Positions 58,759 to 64,000 of a stretch of DNA of 64,000 nt are shown piece after piece. How positions within the stretch are numbered: the first letter of the stretch is position 1; every line of letters starts with the position of its first letter. Source of the DNA: Candidatus Hodarchaeota archaeon (GTDB taxonomy: Archaea; Asgardarchaeota; Lokiarchaeia; Sigyniarchaeales; SOKP01); NCBI GenBank assembly GCA_048886685.1, contig JBHLKM010000009.1, positions 32,001-96,000 on the forward strand, written 5' to 3'. The position numbers were made by a program, and so were the translations under genes. The notes below the pieces were generated by a model that was not told where the DNA came from, searched no databases, and saw only the letters and a program-made list of their open reading frames with translations.

Positions 58759-59526
58759 CTATTTATCAAAAGAACCATGCTTTCCTTTTCCTTGAATGAA
58801 TGCTTTACTTCCTATTAAGTGTTCTCCAGTTTCTAATGTTTTTAACCCATATTCAAATTCTTTTTCCATTGCTTTTTTAATGTCTAATCCAAACTGAATA
58901 TAAGTTGATAACCGATCATTTCTCATACAACTCTGAGGAAAATTTGCAATTTCTCGTGCCAATTTCTCAGCTTCTTGTCTTGATTGACCGTTATCAACAA
59001 TTCGGTTAGCAAGTCCCCATTTAAAAGCTTCTTCCGCATTTACAGGTCGTCCTGTAAGAATCATATCCAGAGCTCTACTTAATCCAATAAGTCTTGGAAG
59101 CCGTACAGTGCCACCATCAATCAAAGGAACACCAAATCTGCGACAAAAAACACCAAATATGGCATCTCTTTCAACGACACGTATATCACACCATAAAGCA
59201 AGTTCAAGACCTCCCGCAACCGCATATCCAGCTACTGCAGCTATAACAGGTTTGGATAATTGTAATCTAGATGGACCCATTGGACCATCTCCATCTTTTT
59301 CTTTTCGATTCCCTTGTCCATTAGCTATATTTTTCAAGTTTGCTCCTGAACAAAAAGTGCCATTTGCTCCCCAGAGAACAGCAACTAATGCCTTATTATC
59401 TTTTTCAAATTCTCTAAATGCATTAGCAAGCTTATCCGCTGACTGTCTATCTACAGCATTTTTAACTTCAGGATTATTAATTATGACTGTATAGACAGGA
59501 TAGTCTATTTCAATATTAATTGGCAT
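58759..59526 (-). CDS. Enoyl-CoA hydratase/crotonase
   Basis: FCSGANL, GPMGPSR, AVAGGLELAL, GVFCRRFGVPLIDGGTVRLPRLIG. Confidence 0.92.
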   Translation of the reverse strand: MPINIEIDYPVYTVIINNPEVKNAVDRQSADKLANAFREFEKDNKALVAVLWGANGTFCSGANLKNIANGQGNRKEKDGDGPMGPSRLQLSKPVIAAVAGYAVAGGLELALWCDIRVVERDAIFGVFCRRFGVPLIDGGTVRLPRLIGLSRALDMILTGRPVNAEEAFKWGLANRIVDNGQSRQEAEKLAREIANFPQSCMRNDRLSTYIQFGLDIKKAMEKEFEYGLKTLETGEHLIGSKAFIQGKGKHGSFDK

Positions 59527-59568
59527 AAAAGAAAATAGGAATAAAAGAATTAAAAAATTTAGAAAAAT

Positions 59569-60657
59569 TTATTTCTGATTTTTTAGATATACATTCATAT
59601 CAACCATAGTACTTGTTCTAATTAAGGCAGCTTTAAGAAATTGGAATCCAATATCATATGTGGATCCATCACCCCCTATATGAATGACGTAGGGAACTTC
59701 ACCATCAAATTGACCTTTACTTTTACGGATTTTATAAGCTGTACTTATTGCTTCGGCTATCGTTGCTCCTGATTCAAATAGATGATGAACCCAAGGAACT
59801 CTCCAAGATGTTACATTATCTTTTGATGTGGACACCTCTGTACAAGAGGTATTATTTACATAAACTATATTATGGCCAGCTACCGCTTGGGCCGCTGTAG
59901 CTAATTGATTTAAAACCATTCCAGCACCACATCCTGGGCAGAGACCATGTCCGGGGAATAAGTGCGTTTGAGGTTCTAAAGTTTTACGATTTACTCTGTA
60001 AACATCAATAGGTTTTTCTGCTCCAAAAGTTCGAATTAATCCTTTTAATTTTTCATTTCTTTGCTCTGTATAATAGATTATCTCATCGATTTCTTTCTCC
60101 ATAAATTTTGGTTTAAATAAATGCCGAAATCGTCCCATTGATCTCAAATACTCTACAAATTTGTCTTTATCAATATCTAATCCTCGATAATAAGAGAAAG
60201 TTGGAATACCATCTTTCACACGTATGGTGTATAAGGGCCAATAACCACAATCAGTAGCTAGCTTTGATATTTTCACAGCATCTTCAGAAGCATGTCGCCA
60301 ACCTCTCATACAATCCGAATAAGCTTGAACGAAAGCAGATCCGCTTGTTTTTAATGCTTCAATTATTTTTCCCATAAAATCATTAGGATACGCTGGGTTA
60401 ACAGTTGCTAAAAATAATGAATTTGAACCATAAAAACCAAAAGGAGTTACAAGGTCTTGCTTTACTCCAACCTTCCCAGGAATTTTTTCTCCTGCGGGAC
60501 CAGTTGTAGTTGATGCATACGGAGGAGTTCCCCCGCTTTCTTGGATACCAGTATTCATGAATGCCTCATTATCATAATTCAAAAACAAAACATTGCTTTT
60601 TCCTTCTCTTGATAAAATATCTTCTATTTTAATAACATTTCTCTCTGGTTGCGACAT
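59569..60657 (-). CDS. porB: Pyruvate/2-oxoacid:ferredoxin oxidoreductase beta subunit, circularly permuted
   Basis: All PorB motifs are present in swapped order: YDNEAFMNTGIQ...RFRHL first, then GHGLCPGCG...GGDGSTYDIG. Confidence 0.88.
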   Translation of the reverse strand: MSQPERNVIKIEDILSREGKSNVLFLNYDNEAFMNTGIQESGGTPPYASTTTGPAGEKIPGKVGVKQDLVTPFGFYGSNSLFLATVNPAYPNDFMGKIIEALKTSGSAFVQAYSDCMRGWRHASEDAVKISKLATDCGYWPLYTIRVKDGIPTFSYYRGLDIDKDKFVEYLRSMGRFRHLFKPKFMEKEIDEIIYYTEQRNEKLKGLIRTFGAEKPIDVYRVNRKTLEPQTHLFPGHGLCPGCGAGMVLNQLATAAQAVAGHNIVYVNNTSCTEVSTSKDNVTSWRVPWVHHLFESGATIAEAISTAYKIRKSKGQFDGEVPYVIHIGGDGSTYDIGFQFLKAALIRTSTMVDMNVYLKNQK

Positions 60658-60658
60658 C

Positions 60659-61888
60659 TTACATCTCCACCCCCAAAATTTTTGATTTTGTTTCCCTTAC
60701 ACCGAGATACATATAGAGCCTCCCTTTCATATCTGTTACTGATTCTATCTTCTTCTTAGCAATATCAAATTCATCTCTTGTAACATCACGTCCTCCAAGA
60801 CCAACAATAAAACTCCTAAATATGGTTCCGAGAGGATATAATGCCGTAGCAATTGACATTGAAAATGGAGGTAAGAGCCCATTTAATGAATCTGACTTTT
60901 CCAAAATTATAAGCTTCTCAATATTGTATTCCTCAACAATTTCCCGTAGCTGTTCATGAGGAAATGGGCGATATGCACGTATTTTAATAAGACCAATATC
61001 TCTATTTTTTGTCATCCAACTAATAATATTACCACACATAGAGCCCATTGTTAGAAAAGCTGTTTTTGAAGAATTATCTAAATTGAATGTTTCAATTAAA
61101 CCGTATTTTCTTCCTGTTGCTTTAGCAAATTCTTCAAATGAATTTTTCATAATACCTAAGACTGGTTCTTTTTCCTCATCAAGTCTCTTCCTACCTTCCA
61201 TAAAGTAATCAGGGGTCACAATTCCACCCCACGTTCCTGGTCTCTCAGGAGTAATGTAGTGTCTTGGCTTCTTTGGAGTTAGCTGCCTGACAATCTCATC
61301 GGGAATTAATGTTAATTTTTGTACAGAATGCGAAATAATAAAGCCGTCATGAACAAACATCGTGGGGAAAAGAGAATCTTCTGAAATCATTACAGATAAA
61401 ATTGCTGCATCGTATGTTTCTTGTACGTTTTCCGATACAAAACAATTCCATCCTAGCTCTGAATTAGTTTGGGTAAATTCCCAACTGTTCCAAATTGATA
61501 GATTTGGTGAATTAAATGCTCGAGCACTTATCAGCATTGTTAAAGGAACTCGCCATCCCACCGCCATGGGTAAAGCTTCTGTCATCAATAAATAACCTTG
61601 AGATGCCGTAGCTGTAAAAGTTCTAGCTCCAGCAGCGCAAGCCGCAGTTGAATAACTTATTGCAGCCAATTCTGATTCTACATTTATAAATGCTGCCTTG
61701 AGTCTCCCATGATGAACTACATCAGATAATCCTTCAACTGATTGAGTTTGCGGCGTTATCGGAAAAGCACATATGACATCAGGATCTGTTTGAGTTACTC
61801 CTCCTGCCGCAGCATAATTACCTATCATTGTAGTCTCTATAGGTTCTTTAATTTCTTTAAAAAATATCCTCATAGGTTCAATACTCAT
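60659..61888 (-). CDS. porA: Pyruvate/2-oxoacid:ferredoxin oxidoreductase alpha subunit
   Basis: AFPITPQT, VESELAA, TATASQG, HDGFIISH, YRPFP, GLGGRD. Start taken at the ATG at 61888. Confidence 0.92.
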   Translation of the reverse strand: MSIEPMRIFFKEIKEPIETTMIGNYAAAGGVTQTDPDVICAFPITPQTQSVEGLSDVVHHGRLKAAFINVESELAAISYSTAACAAGARTFTATASQGYLLMTEALPMAVGWRVPLTMLISARAFNSPNLSIWNSWEFTQTNSELGWNCFVSENVQETYDAAILSVMISEDSLFPTMFVHDGFIISHSVQKLTLIPDEIVRQLTPKKPRHYITPERPGTWGGIVTPDYFMEGRKRLDEEKEPVLGIMKNSFEEFAKATGRKYGLIETFNLDNSSKTAFLTMGSMCGNIISWMTKNRDIGLIKIRAYRPFPHEQLREIVEEYNIEKLIILEKSDSLNGLLPPFSMSIATALYPLGTIFRSFIVGLGGRDVTRDEFDIAKKKIESVTDMKGRLYMYLGVRETKSKILGVEM

Positions 61889-61901
61889 ACATTTCCCTCC
61901 A

Positions 61902-62900
61902 TTACTCTTCAGGCACAGCACATGATGCTGGACCTTGTTTTAATTGTTTACTTATGGCCTCTACAGGGCAAATATTTAAGCAATTCTGACAAGACTTACA
62001 ATGAAAGCTATCTATTCCTGACATATGCCATAAACCATCTTCACCTTTCTCTCTAATTATTGCAAAATCTGGACAAATGTACCAACATTGAGCACAATCT
62101 GTACACTTTTCTTCATCCCATATAATTTCCCATTCTCCCCAGGTTCCTGTCATTACTTGAGAACTTCCTACTTCAATTACATCTTCATCCCGATACCAAA
62201 CTCCCGCCTTATCTAGCTCTTTATAACCTGGAAGCCCTGGTTTTACCTGTTGCCAAGGTACTTTTGTATCTATTGAAAAATCCATTTCAATTCCAAGATC
62301 ATATACACATGTTTCTTCTATTGCTTGTTTAATTGCTTGGATATTTTTTCCTGCGAGTTCTCCTTTAAATCTTCTCATAATAGCTTCTGATAATTCATCG
62401 ACAGTAAAAATATGTGAAATCCGAATTAAGGCACCTAAGATAATTGTGTTTGTTATGTTTCTGCCTAATACATCTAAAGCTATTCTAGTTGCGTCAATCG
62501 TTGCAACATTAATATCTTTTCTATTAACAATATCTTGAATATCTTGTTGATTTAAAGAGGTGTTTACTATTAACCACCCGCCTTTAGGCATCCCTGCTAT
62601 AACATCAATTTCTCCCAGTAATGAAGGATCTAATACAGATACGAAATGTGGGCTATATACTTGTTCATTAGACCTTACCAAATCTTCATTTGCAGAAAGT
62701 CTTACATAACTTTCAGTAGGAGACCCCATTCTCTCTGCTCCAAAAAGGGGTTGGCAAACACCATAACCATAAAAAGCTTCCACGCATAAATTTGAGGCAG
62801 TCACACCTCCTTGACCTCCTCTCGCATGAAATCGAAGGTTTATAACGTGATCCTTTAACACTTCTTTTACTTGTTCTGGAGTTAACATTTTAAATAACAA
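61902..62900 (-). CDS. porC: Fused PorC(gamma)-PorD(delta) subunit
   Basis: RFHARGGQGGVT, FGAERMGSP, NTIILGAL, then TGTW..CTDCAQCWYICP and CKSCQNCLNICP. Confidence 0.9.
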   Translation of the reverse strand: MLFKMLTPEQVKEVLKDHVINLRFHARGGQGGVTASNLCVEAFYGYGVCQPLFGAERMGSPTESYVRLSANEDLVRSNEQVYSPHFVSVLDPSLLGEIDVIAGMPKGGWLIVNTSLNQQDIQDIVNRKDINVATIDATRIALDVLGRNITNTIILGALIRISHIFTVDELSEAIMRRFKGELAGKNIQAIKQAIEETCVYDLGIEMDFSIDTKVPWQQVKPGLPGYKELDKAGVWYRDEDVIEVGSSQVMTGTWGEWEIIWDEEKCTDCAQCWYICPDFAIIREKGEDGLWHMSGIDSFHCKSCQNCLNICPVEAISKQLKQGPASCAVPEE

Positions 62901-63018
62901 GTTTTTTATTTTAAATGAATATTTATAAAGTAAATCTTAGAAAGTAATTTAAGTTTTATACAATATTTTAAAGGTTTAGCTTAATAAATATGATGAAAAT
63001 TGACTAAAAATCAGATTA

Positions 63019-64000
63019 TTAACTAAACTCGAGATCCAATTTCTTAACAACATCAACACATAAAGTAAGAATATTCTTAATTCCTTCTTTGGTTACTAAG
63101 TCCATACTATCTCTTCTTGTATGAACATGTTTTAAACCAGGTTGAGAACCTAGCCAACAGGCTTCAAATCCTTCTTGTACAATCGGCATGAAATCAGACC
63201 ATGAACCTGTAGGTGAATATATGTCCCTCATTTTTATTTGATTCTCTCTAGCGCTTTCTTTAAATAGAGCATTCAACTTCTTGGAAGAAACTTTTCGTGG
63301 AATTCCATAAGAACTTGTTAATCTAATTACTTCTGAACCCCCAATTAAATCCAAATTAATAAAAAAAGTTGTACTTTTATTTAAATCTTTTTTACCTTTT
63401 TCGATAAAACGAATTGCTCCCCCTAGGTTTAACTCTTCAGAACTAGGACTTAAAAATGTTAAGCTAACATTATGGGGGGGACTTATCTTATAGTATCTTG
63501 CAAGTTCTATGATTGATCCTACACCTGCAGCATTATCAAATGCTCCTGGAGATTCGTTTCCGGTTTTATTAAAATAATTGAGTGCTCCAATTATCGCGAT
63601 AAAAAGACAAAAATCTAATAAAATATTATTTATAATAGGTATATTAAAATTAATAAAAATTTTAATTAGGCTAAAAATGAAGAATATCAAATATAAAAAT
63701 AGAGAACCAAAAGTAAATATTAAAAATATCATGACCCTTGTTGTTGAAGGAAAAGATTGAGATTTTGAGTCCCAATGTGCCATAAAAATAACTTTACATT
63801 TGGGATTTCTGTTTATTAAATCAACCCAAATATTTTCTGTTTCATAATTTTTATTTTTATATTTACTCAATTTCATTTTGGTAGATGTAGCAGTCTTAAG
63901 GGCTTTAAATGAAAAGAAGAGCGCTAACCCAATTAAGCCCAAAGTTAAAAAAGGATTTATGTAAAGTGATAAGCTTAACAGTATTAAACCTGATCCTAGT
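63019..64000 (-). CDS. Membrane-anchored M28 family metallopeptidase, N-terminus beyond the window
   Basis: MAHWDS, GAFDNAAG, SEELNLGG, NLDLIG, SDFMP, VHTRRD. The frame stays open to the window end. Confidence 0.85.
   Translation of the reverse strand, partial: LGSGLILLSLSLYINPFLTLGLIGLALFFSFKALKTATSTKMKLSKYKNKNYETENIWVDLINRNPKCKVIFMAHWDSKSQSFPSTTRVMIFLIFTFGSLFLYLIFFIFSLIKIFINFNIPIINNILLDFCLFIAIIGALNYFNKTGNESPGAFDNAAGVGSIIELARYYKISPPHNVSLTFLSPSSEELNLGGAIRFIEKGKKDLNKSTTFFINLDLIGGSEVIRLTSSYGIPRKVSSKKLNALFKESARENQIKMRDIYSPTGSWSDFMPIVQEGFEACWLGSQPGLKHVHTRRDSMDLVTKEGIKNILTLCVDVVKKLDLEFS

Noticed and set aside
594-63760. Many short overlapping or antisense ORFs in the ORF track (e.g. 594..785, 5476..5709, 19163..19552, 33823..34263, 59108..59494)
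   Set aside because: They overlap well-supported genes on the opposite strand or in another frame and have no recognisable motifs, so they are shadow ORFs.
1-64000. Selenocysteine readthrough at TGA-ending genes, CRISPR arrays, tRNA/rRNA, transposases
   Set aside because: Where the family is recognisable, TGA stops coincide with the expected C-terminus. I saw no regular repeat-spacer pattern, cloverleaf, GC-rich RNA tract or transposase motif. This was a visual check only.

Overview
AT-rich archaeal DNA, most likely Lokiarchaeia (Asgard). The assignment rests on a Rab-like small GTPase, HEAT+LRR and TPR proteins with a longin-like tail, a split archaeal GMP synthase, an ADP-forming acyl-CoA synthetase, Por subunits and oligo-T terminators. 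The left ~39 kb is a large acyl-CoA/lipid catabolic region. It holds 3 thiolase-fold genes, an SDR and two hydratase-2 genes (a split MFE-2-like R-specific beta-oxidation set), crotonases, FadH, an acyl-CoA dehydrogenase, a cytoplasmic Mo/W-bisPGD enzyme with its Fe-S subunit, a lactate-dehydrogenase-like FAD enzyme with EtfAB, and a tandem array of ThDP enzymes. The right part holds mixed metabolic genes, a Rab-like GTPase next to a TrmB-like regulator, and a por operon. The main observations are: (1) a circularly permuted PorB whose ThDP-binding GDG...N motif is split across the two termini; (2) an intact thiolase paralog with all three catalytic residues replaced (C->D, H->N, C->S), directly upstream of an apparently active thiolase; (3) a 950-aa protein with three repeats at an exact 148-aa period; (4) several unannotated gene remnants, including a fourth ThDP gene reduced to its first 7 and last 22 codons. 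I found no rRNA, tRNA, CRISPR array or intact transposase by eye. All calls come from motif recognition, with no database searches.
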